Shown one piece after another: positions 50,491-62,950 of a stretch of DNA of 64,000 nucleotides (positions are counted from its first letter, which is position 1; each line of letters begins with the position of its first letter). The position numbers and the translations under genes are program-made. Source of the DNA: Mobula hypostoma (Eukaryota); NCBI RefSeq assembly GCF_963921235.1, contig NC_086097.1, forward strand, positions 119,538,001-119,602,000. The letters run 5' to 3'. A model generated the notes under the pieces. It was given only the letters and a program-made list of their open reading frames with translations. It searched no databases and was not told the DNA's origin.

Positions 50491-51400
50491 TAGTACCTTG
50501 AAAAAGTATTCAGCCCCAACCCATTGTTCACAACCAGGGATTTTGATCAATTTAACTGACCATTTTTATTTGTGAATCACATGCATGCTCCTTTTTTTCA
50601 CAGTAGAATCCAAAAAGCAAGAAAAATTGTAAAGCATGAAAACTAAAAATTTAGCAGTTCAAAGGTATTCAATCCCCTTTAATCGGTGCTTATTTGAACC
50701 ACCTCTCGCAGCTATTACAACCAGTAGTCTTTTTGGATAAGTCTCTATTAGCTTTTCGCAATGTGATAGAGCAAGATTTGCCCATTCCTCCTTGCAAAAT
50801 TGCTCAAATTGTGCCAGGTTAGTTGGGGAGTGACGGTAAACATTAATATTGTGGTCTTGCCAGAGATGTCCTATCGGGTTAAGGTCAGGACTCTGACTGG
50901 GTCACTCAAGGACATCAATTTTCTTCATTTGAAGCCATTCCATTGTTGCTCTGGCAGTGTGCTTTGGATCATTGGCCTGCTGAAAGATGAACTTTCACCC
51001 CAGTTTAAGCTTTCTGGCAGAGGCTAGCAGGCTTTTATCCAGGATCTCTTTCTATTTAGAAGTATATATCTTCCAATCAATCCTGACCAGATACCGGTAC
51101 CTGCTGCTGAAAAGCATCCCCGTAGCATGGTGCTACTTCCTTCTTACTTTACAATAGAGATGGTGTTAACTGGCTGATGTACAGTATTACATTTTCACCA
51201 CACATACCACTTAGTGTTGAGGCCAATATAGTCCACTTTAGTCTCATCTGATCACAAGAACTTCACCCACATCTTTACAGTATCTTCAGAGTGTCACTTT
51301 GCAAAGTCTTTATGGACTAGGATATACTTTTTTTTAGCCAGGGCTTCTTCCTTGTCACTCTTCCATAAATACCCCTTAATGTACAAAGCCTTGGTGATTG
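50491..51400 (-). mobile_element. Tc1/mariner transposon relic (one TIR and the DDE domain)
   Basis: TA then TAGTACCTTGAAAAAGTATTCAGCCCC TIR; minus strand VLExPSQSPDLNPIGHLW and SDETKVD. Confidence 0.85.
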
Positions 51401-51439
51401 GGGAGCCATGTGGAGCACTGTGGCTGTTGGTTCATGATG

Positions 51440-52108
51440 GACTGCATGTGGCCTCCTGTATATCCGACATAGATTGGGAGACCACTTTGCTGAGCACCTA
51501 TGCTCTATCTGCCTGAAAAAGAAGGATTTCCCAGTGGCCACTCATTTTAATTCCACTTCCCATTCCCATTTTGACATGTCAGACCATGGCCTCCTCTACT
51601 GTCACAATGAGGCTACATTCAGTTTGAGGAGCAACACCTTATATTCCCTCTGGTTAGCCTCCAACCTGATGGCATGAACTTCAATTTCTTGAACTTCTGG
51701 TAATGCCTCCCGTTCACCATTCCCCATTCCCATTTCTCTCTCACCTTATCTCCTTACCTACCAATCACCTCCCTCTAGTGCTTCTCCCCCTTCCCTTTCT
51801 TCCATGGCCTTCTGTCCTCTTCTATGAGATTCCCCTTCACCAGTCCTTTATCTCTTTCACTAATCAACTTCCCAGTTCTTTACATTACCACTCTCCCTCT
51901 TCTGACTTCATCTATGACCTACTACTTTGTACTTCTACTTCCCCTTCCCCACTGACTTCTCATCTCATGTTTTCCAACCCTGATATAGGGTCTCAGCCTA
52001 AAACTTTGACTGTTTACTCTTTTCCATAGATGTTGCCTGGCCTGCTGAGTTCCACCAGCATTTTATATGTATTACTTTGATATCCAGCATCTGTAGACTT
52101 TCTCATTT
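51440..52108 (+). mobile_element. Penelope-like 3' fragment (GIY-YIG and terminal repeat)
   Basis: CGLLYI, LGDHFAEHL, VATHFNSTSHSH; degenerate hammerhead at about 51978-52012. Confidence 0.88.
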
Positions 52109-52172
52109 GCTTTTACAAGGCTTGTTGGCTTCACTGAAAACACAAGCACATTTCCTGCAAGTTTTCATCATA

Positions 52173-52478
52173 CAGCTCTTTTGGATTGGGATTACAGAGT
52201 GTCGTGGGAGCTGAATTCTGAAGGAAGGCAGTTTTTTTAAAAACTTCTTCGAGTGCAAGAAGGACGAGACTGCGCAGGCACGTGATGTCACCAGGACAGC
52301 GTGGAGAGTTTAAAAAGGAAGGTTGCTACCATCGGCTTTCTTTTGGATCGGGACTACAGAGCGTCGTGGGAGCTGAATTCTGAAGGAAGGCAGTTTTTTA
52401 AAAAACTTCGAGTGCAAGAAGGACGAGACTGCGCAGACGCGTGACGTACCAGGACAGCGCGGAAAGTTTAAAAAGGAG
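52173..52478 (+). repeat. Tandem dimer of about 160 bp at the CR1 5' end
   Basis: Units at about 52173-52318 and 52335-52478, each ending GACTGCGCAG..CGTGA.GT...GTTTAAAAAGGA. Confidence 0.85.
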
Positions 52479-54064
52479 ACCACCCTATACAGCGGTGGTC
52501 TATACACTCTATACCCTATATAGAGATTTCCAGGAGTTAGGAAGGAAGCTGAGAAGCAGGTCCTCCAGGGTAGTAATCTCGGGATTGCTACCTGTGCTAC
52601 GTGCTAGCGAGGGCAAGAATAGTAGGATCAGGCAGATGAATGTGTGGCTGAGAGACTGGTGCAGGGCGCAGGGCTTCAGATTCTTTGATAATTGGGATCT
52701 CTTCTGGGGAAAGTATGACCTGTTCAAAAAGGACAGGTTACACCTGAACCTGAAGGGAACCAATATCCTGGCGGGAAAGTTTAATAGAGCTGTTAGGGAG
52801 GGTTTAAACTATTTTGGCAGGGGGATGGGAACCGGAATGACAGAGCGGAGGAAGGGGAAAACAGAAATAAATCTAAGATAGTGAGCGGTAAAGATGTCAG
52901 GAAAGACAGGCAGGTGACGGGGCAAAGTTGTAGCCATTGGGATGAGTTGCAGTGCAATAAAGTTGCAGTGAAATCAAAGCGAAAAGTACCAAATACTGGT
53001 CTTAAGGTGTTATACTTAAATGCACGCAGCATAAGGAATAAGGTGGATGATCTTGTTGTACAGCTACAGATTGGCAGGTATGACGTTGTGGCCATCACTG
53101 AGACATGGCTAAAGGATGCATGTCTCTGGGAGCTGAACGTCCAAGGATACACGGTGTGTCGGAAGGATAGGAAGGTAGGCAGAGGGAGAGGCGTGGCTTT
53201 ATTGGTAAGAAATGATATTAAATCATTAGAAAGAGGTGACATAGGATCAGAAGGTGCAGAATCTTTATGGGTTGAGCTGAGAAATCACAGGGGTAAAAGG
53301 ATCCTGACGGCAGTTATATATAGGCCTCCAAACAGCTGCAGTGATGTGGACTACAAATTACAATGGGAAATAGAAAAGGCTTGTCAGAAGAGCAGTGTTA
53401 TGATAAGTGGGGGGGATTTTAACATGCGAGTGGATTGGGAAAATCAGGTCGGCACTGGATCTCAAGAGAGGAAACTTGTAGAATGTCTGCGAGATGGCTT
53501 TTTAGAACAGCTTGTTGTTGAGCCCACTAGGGGATCGGCTGTACTGAATTGGGTATTGTGTAATGAAACGGAGGTGATTAGAGAGATTGAGGTGAAGGAA
53601 CCCTTAGGAGGCAGTGATCATAACATGATTGAGTTCACTGTGACATTTGAAAAAGAGAAGCCAAAATCTGATGTGTCGGTATTTCAATGGAGTAAAGGAA
53701 ATTACAGTGGCATGAGAGAGGAACTGGCCAAAGTTGACCGGAAAGGGACACTGGCGGGAAAGACGGCAGAGCAGCAGTGGCTGGAGTTAATGCGGAAAGT
53801 GAGGAAGGTGCAAGACAGGTATATTCCAAAAAAGAAGAAATTTTCGAATGGAAAAAGGATGCAACCATGGTTGACAAGAGAAGTCAAAGCCAAAGTTAAA
53901 GCAAAAGAGAGGGCATACAAGGAAGCAAAAATTAGTGGGAACACAGAGAATTGGGAAGTTTTTAAAAGCTTACAAAAGGAAACTAAGAAGGTCATTAAGA
54001 GGGAAAAGATTAACTATGAAAGGACGCTAGCAAATAATATCAAAGAGGATACTAAAAGCTTTTT

Positions 54065-54607
54065 CATAGTCATAGTCATCGTCATAGTCATACTTTATTG
54101 ATCCCAGGGGAAATTGGTTTTCGTTACAGTTGCACCATATATAATAAATAGTAATAAAACCATAAATAGTTAAATAATAATATGTAAATTATGCCAGGAA
54201 ATAAGTCCAGGACCAGCCTATCGGCTCTGGGAGTCTGACCATCCAAGGGAGGAGTTGTAAAGTTTGATGGCCACAGGCAGGAATGACTTCCTATGATGCT
54301 CTGTGTGGCATCTCGGTGGAATGAGTGTCCGGCTGAATGTACTCCTGTGCCCAACCAGTACATTATGTAGTGGATGGGAGACATTGCCCAAGATGGCATG
54401 CAACTTGGACAGCTTCCTCTTTTCAGACACCACTGTCAGAGAGTCCAATTCCATCCCCACAACATCACTGGCCTTACGAATGAGTTTGTTGATTCTGTTG
54501 GTGTCTGCTACCCTCAGCCTGCTGCCCCAGCACACAACAGCAAACATGATAGCACTAGCCACCACAGACTCGTAGAACATCCTCAGCATCATTCGGCAGA
54601 TATTAAA
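54065..54607 (-). mobile_element. Young 5'-truncated Rex1 copy inside CR1 ORF2
   Basis: Near-identical to 27106-27640; (GACTAT)n tail. Confidence 0.93.
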
Positions 54608-56601
54608 ATATATAAAGTATATAAAGTAAAGTATATAAAGAGTAAAAGACAGGTGAGAGTAGATATAGGACTGATAGAAAATGATGCTGGAGAAATTGTA
54701 ATGGGAGATAAGGAGATGGCAGAGGAACTGAATGAGTATTTTTCATCAGTCTTCACTGAGGAAGACATCAGCAGTATACCGGACACTCAAGTGTGGCAGG
54801 GAAGAGAAGTGTGCGCAGTCACAGTTACCACAGAGAAAGTACTCAGGAAGCTGAATAGTCTAAAGGTAGATAAATCTCCTGGACCAGATGGAATGCACCC
54901 ACGTGTTCTGAAGGAAATAGCTGTGGAGATTGTGGAGGCATTAGCTATGATCTTTCAAAGGTCGATAGATTCTGGCATGGTTCTGGAGGACTGGAAGATT
55001 GCAAATGTCACTCCTCTATTTAAGAAGGGGGCAAGGAAGCAAAAAGGAAATGATAGACCTATTAGCTTGACATCGGTGGTTGGGAAGTTGATGGAGTCGA
55101 ATGTCAAGGATGAGGTTACAGAGTCCCTGGAGGCATATGACAAGATAGGCAGAACTCAATATGGATTCCTTAAAGGAAAATCCTGCCTAACAAACCTATT
55201 ACAATTTTTTGAGGAAATTACCAGTAGGCTAGACAAAGGAGATGTAGTGGATGTTGTATATTTGGATTTTCAGAAGGACTTTGACAAGGTGCCACACATG
55301 TGGCTACTTAACAAGATAAGAGCCCATGGAATTACGAGAAAGTTACATACATGGATAGAGCGTTGGCTGATTGGCAGGAAACAGAGAGTGGGAATAAAGG
55401 GATCCTATTCTGGTTGGCTGCCGGTTACCAGTGGTGTTCCACAGGAGTCCGTGTTGGGGCCGCTTCTTTTTACATTGTACATCTACAATTTGGATTATGG
55501 CATAGATGGCTTTGTGGCTAAGTTTACTGACGATACGAAGATAGGTGGAGGGGCCGGTAGTGCTGAGGAAACGGAGAGTCTGCAGAGAGACTTGGATAGA
55601 TTGGAAGAATGGGCGGAGAAGTGGCAAATGAAGTACAATGTTGGAAAGTGTATGGTTATGCACTTTGGCAGAAGAAATAAATGGGCAGACTATTATTTAA
55701 ATGGGGAAAGAATTCAGAGTTCTGAGATGCACCGGAACTTGGGACTCCTCGTACAGGATACCTTTAAGGTTAACTGTTGAGTCGGTGGTGAAGAAGACGA
55801 ATGCAATGTTGGCATTCATTTCTAGAGGAATAGAGTATAGGAGCAGGGATGTGATGTTGAGGCTCTATAAGGCGCTGGTGAGACCTCACTTGGAGTACTG
55901 TGGGCAGTTTTGGTCTCCTTATTTAAGAAAGGATGTGCTGATGTTGGAGAAGGTACAGAGAAGATTCACTAGAATGATTCCGGGAATGAGAGGGTTAACA
56001 TATGAGGAACGTTTGTCCACTCTTGGACTGTATTCCTTGGAGTTTAGAAGAATGAGGGGAGACCTCATAGAAACATTTCGAATGTTGAAGGGCATGAACA
56101 GAGTGGATGTGGCAAAGTTGTTTCTCATGATGGGGGAGTCTAGTACGAGAGGGCATGACTTAAGGATTGAAGGACGCCCATTCAGAACGGAAATGCAAAG
56201 AAATTATTTTAGTCAGAGGGTGGTGAATCTATGGAATTTGTTGCCATGGGCAGCAGTGGAGGCCAAGTCATTGGGTGTATTTAAGGCAGAGATTGATAGG
56301 TATCTGAGTAGCCAGGGCATCAAAGGTTATGGTGAGAAGGCGGGGGAGTGGGACTAAATGGGAGAATGGATCAGCTCATGATAAAATGGCGGAGCAGACT
56401 CGATGGGCCGAATGGCCAACTTCTGCTCTTTTGTCTTATGGTCTTGTGGTCTAATACCAGGATTTGTAAAAGTTTCATCGGGAGAAGGAAAATGGTGCAA
56501 AGTTAACAATTTATATCATTTGAGATTGACAGAGAAATCCTAAGAACTCACTTAAGGAGGAGTGGTTTCACTATAAATTATGATAACATTTTGTAAAATT
56601 A

Positions 56602-56895
56602 TGTAATGATCCCAAGTAACATGGAACAATGCCTTGTGTTAACAAACACAGCATAAAGCTGGAACGAGAACCGAGCAAAAACAAAACACTAGATGTTATC
56701 TCTAGTTAAGCTTACAACTGAGCACCAAATCTCAGTTCAGGTGCTCTTTAAATACTCAACTCTTGGTGCCCAAAACAAGATTGCCAATTAGTGAATGGCC
56801 ATGAACCCTTACAGGGCCCATGCCAGCTATCCATACCCTGAGGAGCTAAGCATCTAGACGCCAGAAGCTGGCGCGCTTGGGTGAGTGTCGTAGCA
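56602..56895 (-). repeat. 3' LTR of the chromovirus-like element
   Basis: TG...CA termini; polypurine tract GGGAGGGGG immediately upstream on the minus strand. Confidence 0.7.
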
Positions 56896-59800
56896 AGACC
56901 CCCTCCCACACAGTTGACTCCTGATGGCCCTGGCTGCTCAGAGAGATGATAATAGTAGCCATAGATGGGATACAGATCAAAGACATCCCTTTCAGGAACC
57001 CAGCACTGTTCCTTGGGTCCGAATCCCTCCCAGTCCACAAAGTACTGCTGAACACCTTGCACAGTTCATGAATCTAGAATTCTTTTTACACTGAAGACCT
57101 GTTCCCCATCAACAAATCTGGGTGATTGTGTGGCTGATGATGGCAGGGCTAAAGGCTGGTGCACAAGGATTTCAACTTGGAACTATGGAAAGTGAGGTTG
57201 ATCTTAAGGGTTTGGGGAGCTGCAAAGTGAGTTTACATTTTTGCAGAGCCCAATGAACTTGGGTGCCAATTTCATAGACTCCACTCAGAGTGGCAAATCT
57301 TGAGTTGACAGCCAGACCTGTTGCCTAGGCTGCAAAGTTGGTCCCTGTCTTCTCTTGTAGTTAGCCTTTTTTTCAGCCTTCCTGGTCTTCTCCCTTGCCC
57401 TAGTCCATTTCTCCTTGTAGCATCGGACAAGATCTTCGGCCGCAGGAAGCCCAGCCTCAGCCTCCTGCTCAGGGAAGAGCGGTGGAGAATGCCCAAATTG
57501 CATTCAGAAGGGGACATCCTGTGTGCTGAATGCTGTGAAGTGTTGTGGGCAACATCTGCCCACATCAAATCATCACTCCAATCATGCAGTCTTTCAGGCA
57601 TCTTAGGATACGTTCCATAGGACTGCGGGTGAAACCTAAAGGAAACACTCACCATTACCCCAGTCAGCTCGCAAAATGCCGTCCAGGAATGTGTTGTGAA
57701 TTGGGAACAGCAATCTGTGACTATGTCCGGCAGAAAATTCTGAAGACTTGGTCCAGGACAATTTCAGTCATCTCCACTGCAGATGGTAACTTCTCCAAGG
57801 CAATGAATCTGTAAGCCTTTGAAAATTGATTGACAATCACCATGATGATGGTCTTCCCCTTGGAAGGTAGAAGACCTGTGACAAAATCCACGGAGATGTG
57901 CGCCCATGATCTGTCCAGAACAGATAGAGAATGGATGAGCCCTTGAGGTTGGGTACGGGGCTTCTCGTTACAGACGCATACCTCACATGTCTGCACATAC
58001 TGTTGAACCTCTTTCACCATTCTGGGCCACTAATACTGTGTCTTGATGAACTTGAGGGTCCTTGTAAATCCTGGGTGAGCAGTCATTTTTAATGAATGTC
58101 CCCATTGGAGTATGTGACCTGACGGAGCTTAGGACAAATAGTCGACCCAGAGGAGAATGCTTAGGTGTTTCCCCTTGTTTTTGGGCCTTGTAGACAAGCT
58201 AGTTGATTCCCCAACAGATTGGCGCTATCACCTTCGCTTCGGGCAAAGTTGCTGCTCTCCTTCAGGTTTGTCGAACCAAGGCATCCGATTTTTGAATCTT
58301 TGATCCCACTCGATAGGTCAGGACAAAGTTAAAGTGGTTAAAGGAAAGAGACCACCTGGCACGCCTGGAATCGAGTCTCTTGGCCTCCTGAATACAAGCC
58401 AGGTTCTTGTGGTCCATCCAGACAATAAGTAGGGTTTTTGACCCCTTCAAGCCAGTGACGCCATTCCTCCAATGCCAACTTAATGGCTATTATCTCCCAA
58501 TTCCCAAAGTCGTAGTTTGTCTCTACTGGGGATAGCTGCCTGGTGAAGAATGCACACGGATGCAGTTTACTGTCTGTAGGTGACCATTAGGACAGCCAGC
58601 ACAGCATTCACCTTGATGTCCAAGGCATCCACTTCCACAATGAAGAGAAGGTCTAGGGTTTAGTGAAACCAAGATGGGAGATGATGTGAACCACTGTTTA
58701 AGCTCTGCAAAAGCAGCCTCCGCTTCAATAGTCCAGAAAAAGGGCCCGTTGATCTCTTGCTAGAGCCATCAGTGGAGCTGCCACTGAGCTGAAGTTCCTG
58801 ATGATCTTCAGGTAAAAATTAACAAATCCCAAGGAATCATTGGACTTGTTTGACACTGGATGGTTGTGACCTATCTCTGACTGCCTGGAACTTGGTAGGG
58901 TCCATCTTAAGATTCCTGTTGGACAGATGAAACCCAAAATTGAAATGGTTGTCAAATTAATTTTGGTCTTCTCCAACTTAGCATAAAGTCCAAGGTCTAG
59001 AAGCCTCTTTAAAATGTCCCTGATATGAGCAACATGCTCCTCCATGGACTTCAAGAAGATTGGGATATCATCGAAGTAGACAACGGCACACTTTTGGAGA
59101 GTATGCTGGAGTGCATTGTTTATAAAGGACTGAAAAACCACGGGAGCATTCGTAAGGCCGAAGTGCATAACCAGGTACTCGTAGTGGCCCATCGGTGTAT
59201 TGAATTCAGTCTTCCACTCTTCACCTTCCCTTAAATGCAGGTCCAGGTTAGTGAATACTCTTGCCCCTTGGAGAATCTCAAAAGTAGTTTTCATGAGAGA
59301 AAAGGGGTAAAACTTCTTAACTATTATGTGGTCTAATCCTCTATAATCAATAAATGGCTGCAGAATCTAATCATTATTTTGCACAAAGAAGAAGCCTGAG
59401 CCAGCTGGTGAGGTGCAGGGCTGAATGAATCCCATAGCAAGAGCTTCCTTTATATATTCTTCCATTGCACTTCTCTCTGGACCTGAGAGCGCATATAATC
59501 GACCACGTGGGGGACAAGTACCAGGCAGCTGATCTATAGCACAGTTGTAGGGTTGATGTGGTAGCAGAGTCAGGGCCTTTCCCTTGCTGAAGACTACTTC
59601 CAAGTCCTTGTTTGTGGAAGGAACTTTGACCAGCCTGCACGTTGCAAGTTCTTCTGAACCCTCTTTCAAGGCTGACTTCTAAGGAGGCAGCGGTGGTGCA
59701 AGTGACCTGTGAGTCTCCTCCCTAGGTTCACTAGACTTTGTTGTATCCCCAGGCGATGGCAGCGAGGTGTTCCTGATAGTCCTCGTGCCCCCAGGAACAG

Positions 59801-61291
59801 GCTCCAAATGTCTGCATTTTGGAATCTGCCCTTTAGTCAGAACCTTGTGGCCGGATCCCCACAGCTTCAGGATACTTTGCACTGAAGTCTCTCGCCTCAC
59901 TGGCCGTTGGTCTTGGGAGAGTCTGTGGGGGGTCAGAACACCTTGTCAAAAACATACCCTCTTACAATAACTGTTCCAACAATGATTCTTCCCTCCCTCC
60001 AGTCCATGGCTGGGTTATGCTGGGACAGCCAAGGGTACCCAAGGATCAGGGGTATGAGTGGAGAGTCAATGATGTTGAAACTAATGTCTTCCACATGATC
60101 CCTTATCCTTATCTGCAAAACCACAGTCTGTTTCTGGATCTTCCCACAACTTAGCGGTGGCCTTCCAAGACAGTTGCGGACAAGGACTGGATCAACTCTT
60201 GCAGTGGTATGTTGAGCTGACAGGTGGCTCATAAGTCCAGATTATTACCTGCTGCCCCAGAGTCCACAAAAGCCTTCACCTGCCTCCAGTTCTTACCCCA
60301 GGTGAACTCTGCCTTCAGCACAAAATCAGAATCCGTGGGATTGAGAGTAGTGACTGGTACTGTCACAGTTGTCCTCATACTAGACAGCCTTAGCAATTCT
60401 CCAGGCAGCTGAAGCTTTGGACATATGGCCTGCAGGTCACCTGCTTCCTCTCAGTAATAGCAGCAACCTTGATCCCGACGCTGGGACCTCTCATTGGTAG
60501 AGAGCCTTGTGTAACCAATCTGCATGAGCTCGACAGAGTCCCAAGCAGGAGACGGGCTTTTCATGGTCCAAGATTGGGGGTTAGAACTGCAATGAGTTGA
60601 GGCCGGGCTCAGACTAGCCCTCACTGGCCTTGTAATGTAGTCCCTCTTATGCTCTGCCAAATGATTGTCAAGACAGATAGACTGGTTGCTGAGGACCTCT
60701 CAGGACATCCTTTAGTTTGGCCCAGAGTCCATGGTGGTAAAAAGTGGCCAAGGGTTCCCCATTCCAAGCAATCTCTTATGCCAAAGGTCGGATTTCGAGA
60801 GCACAGTTGACCGCTGACTGACTTCCATGTTGCAGCTTGATCAGAATGCCCGAGGTCCTATTTGCACCAGTGGGATGATAAAACACCTTTTTCATGGTGC
60901 CCATGAATTCCTCCGAATCCACGCAAATCTCCGACATCTGTTCGCAATGTGCAATGGCCCAGACAAGGGCTCTCATGGTCAGGAAAGAGATCATGAAGGT
61001 CACTTTTCCTCGCTCTAAAGAGAATTGGGATGGCTGGAGTTTGAACACTAATGAGCATTGGGTGAGGAAGCTGTGACAAGAACCCAGGTCTTTGTCAAAT
61101 CTTTCCAGGTTTGGAGGATGTATTGGCTCCACAGAGAGACTGACAGCCTCACCCAAGTGACTCTGTCATCTTCCTTGTGATAACTGGTACACGGCAGCCT
61201 GGAGGTCATGTATCTCCAAGTTCTCTCTGGAAATACTCTTGTTGTGGCTGGCCACAGCAGCTGAGGTTCTCGGATACCTTGCTGGATCCAT
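56602..61291 (-). mobile_element. Degenerate chromodomain Ty3/gypsy element (gag-pro-RT-RH-IN-chromo, 3' LTR)
   Basis: MDPA gag start, VDSGAAGN protease, GHYEYLVMHFGLTNAP, VYFDD, DHKNL, WAHISVDFVTGL, LAPKFIG, YFVDWEGFGPKEQCWVP. Confidence 0.93.
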
Positions 61292-61715
61292 GTTGGGTGA
61301 ATGAGTGAATGAGTGTTACATAGCTCCAGTGAAGCAAAAGAAATATCATTCAGCAGACAACTAAATTACATTACAGTCACAGTTAGCTTCATAGCATAGT
61401 ATTTAAGACATTTATTTTTACACACCCCTGCAGAACAATAATCGAGGTGAAGATGTTTCTCTCAGAGTTGTAGCAATAACTCAAGAATAGATTCAATCAG
61501 TACTGATTGTCTATAATGGTAGCTCTGAAGTTTTCACCAAAATATATCACAAGTCCCAATATCATAAGTTTTAAGCTTGCATCTTTATCTGCTTTTCCTT
61601 TATTAATAAAACAGTCAATTTTGATTTTTGTCAAGGAGAAAGACATTAATGCTAGGCTACCGAATGCTTTTTTGTTTTAAACTCAATAGCTGGCGTATAA
61701 TCTCTTTTTTTTATC

Positions 61716-61815
61716 CAGCCCTGCTGAAAAGTCTCTGCCCAGATGTTGACTGTACTCTTTTCCATAGATACTGGCTGGCCTGCTGAATTCCTCCTGCATT
61801 TTGTGTGTGTTCGCT
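61716..61815 (+). mobile_element. Penelope-derived short repeat, degenerate hammerhead
   Basis: CCTGCTGAAAAGTCTCTGCCCAGATGTTGACTG...GCATTTTGTGTGTG. Confidence 0.65.
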
Positions 61816-62129
61816 TGAGTAGAACATAGACTTTTGGTCCCTTATTTCTGTGATACTACTGTATCTTCATGCTCACAAAAGCTTCCAGATTCATGGGCAT
61901 CCTTCAACGAGAAAGGAAGACCCCAATGATGGTGCTGATAAATGGTGACTCTTTGTATGCAGCTCTGAATGGAATCATCAGAAATTCCTGTTTAGGTTTA
62001 CTACAGCTGAAATCATTTACAGTCATGGGTAGTTCAGTAACCAAATTTGTTTTAAGATGTTTTAAAAATGTAATGATTCTCAATATCGATGGACTCTGGA
62101 CTGCAAATTCAGATCACGGGTGCAGTTCT

Positions 62130-62625
62130 CCTTTAAGAAAGTGGAAGATGGGAAGACAAGCTGGTCTACAGGTACAATTCAATTACAGAGGCCTTAGACC
62201 TCACACTTCCAACTATGCTGCTGGTAAATGTACAGTCTCTAGAAAATAAAATTGAATAACTCAAAGCAAGATTGCTGTACCAAAGGGACATCAGGGACTG
62301 CTGTGTACTTTGCTTCTTGGAAACATGGCTCACCAGTATCATTTCAGATGCAGGGCTGTACCCTGATGGCTTCACCATTCTCAAAAAAGACAGAACATCT
62401 CAGTCTTTTAAAGGTAGGGGAGATGAAGTATGCAGTGCACAGATGTGACAGTTCTGTCTCAATCCCACTCACCTGATCTGGAACATCAAGAGGTCAATGT
62501 TGTCCATTTTATCTGTTTTGGGGTTTTTTCTGTCCTTGTCTTGGTAGTGGTGTACATTCCACCTCAAGCCAATGTCATACAAGTGGTGCAGGCTCTGAGC
62601 ACTGCGGTCGGCAGTTATGAAACAG
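62130..62625 (+). mobile_element. Rex1 APE endonuclease relic
   Basis: LPTMLLVNVQSLENK, QRDIRDCCVLCFLETWL, VVYIPPQAN. Confidence 0.8.
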
Positions 62626-62950
62626 CTGAAGAGCTGTTCCTGAACCTGGTAGTATGGGATTTGAGGGTCCTGTTCTTCCTAATGATGGCAGCAAGAAGAG
62701 AGCATATGGTATGAATGGTGGGGGCCCTTGATGATGGATACTGCTTTCCTGCAACAGCAATCCCTGTAAATGATCTCAATGGTGGGGAGAGCTTTACCTG
62801 TGATGGACTGGGCTATATCCATTACTTTTTCTAATTATTTTTTCACTCAAAATATTGGTGTTTCTCTTTAAGGCCATGATGCAACCAGTCAGTATACTCT
62901 CCACTGCACATATATACAAGTTTGTCAAAGTTTTAGATGACATGCCAAAT
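62626..62950 (-). mobile_element. Rex1 3' relic
   Basis: RFGMSSKTLTNLYICAVESILTGCI. Confidence 0.75.

Larger units (their letters stand above)
52170..56453 (+). mobile_element. CR1 with probable 5' UTR, truncated ORF1, ORF2 split by a Rex1 insertion
   Basis: VVISGLLP...DRLHLN (SGNH), LYLNARSIRNK, KFTDDTK, frameshift near 55775, TCTTATGG-type tail. Confidence 0.92.

Noticed and set aside
61877..61987. Minus-strand exon-like frame ISDDSIQSCIQRVTIYQHHHWGLPFSLKDAHESGSF
   Set aside because: Weak acceptor and no supportable partner exon; cannot be distinguished from chance without a search.
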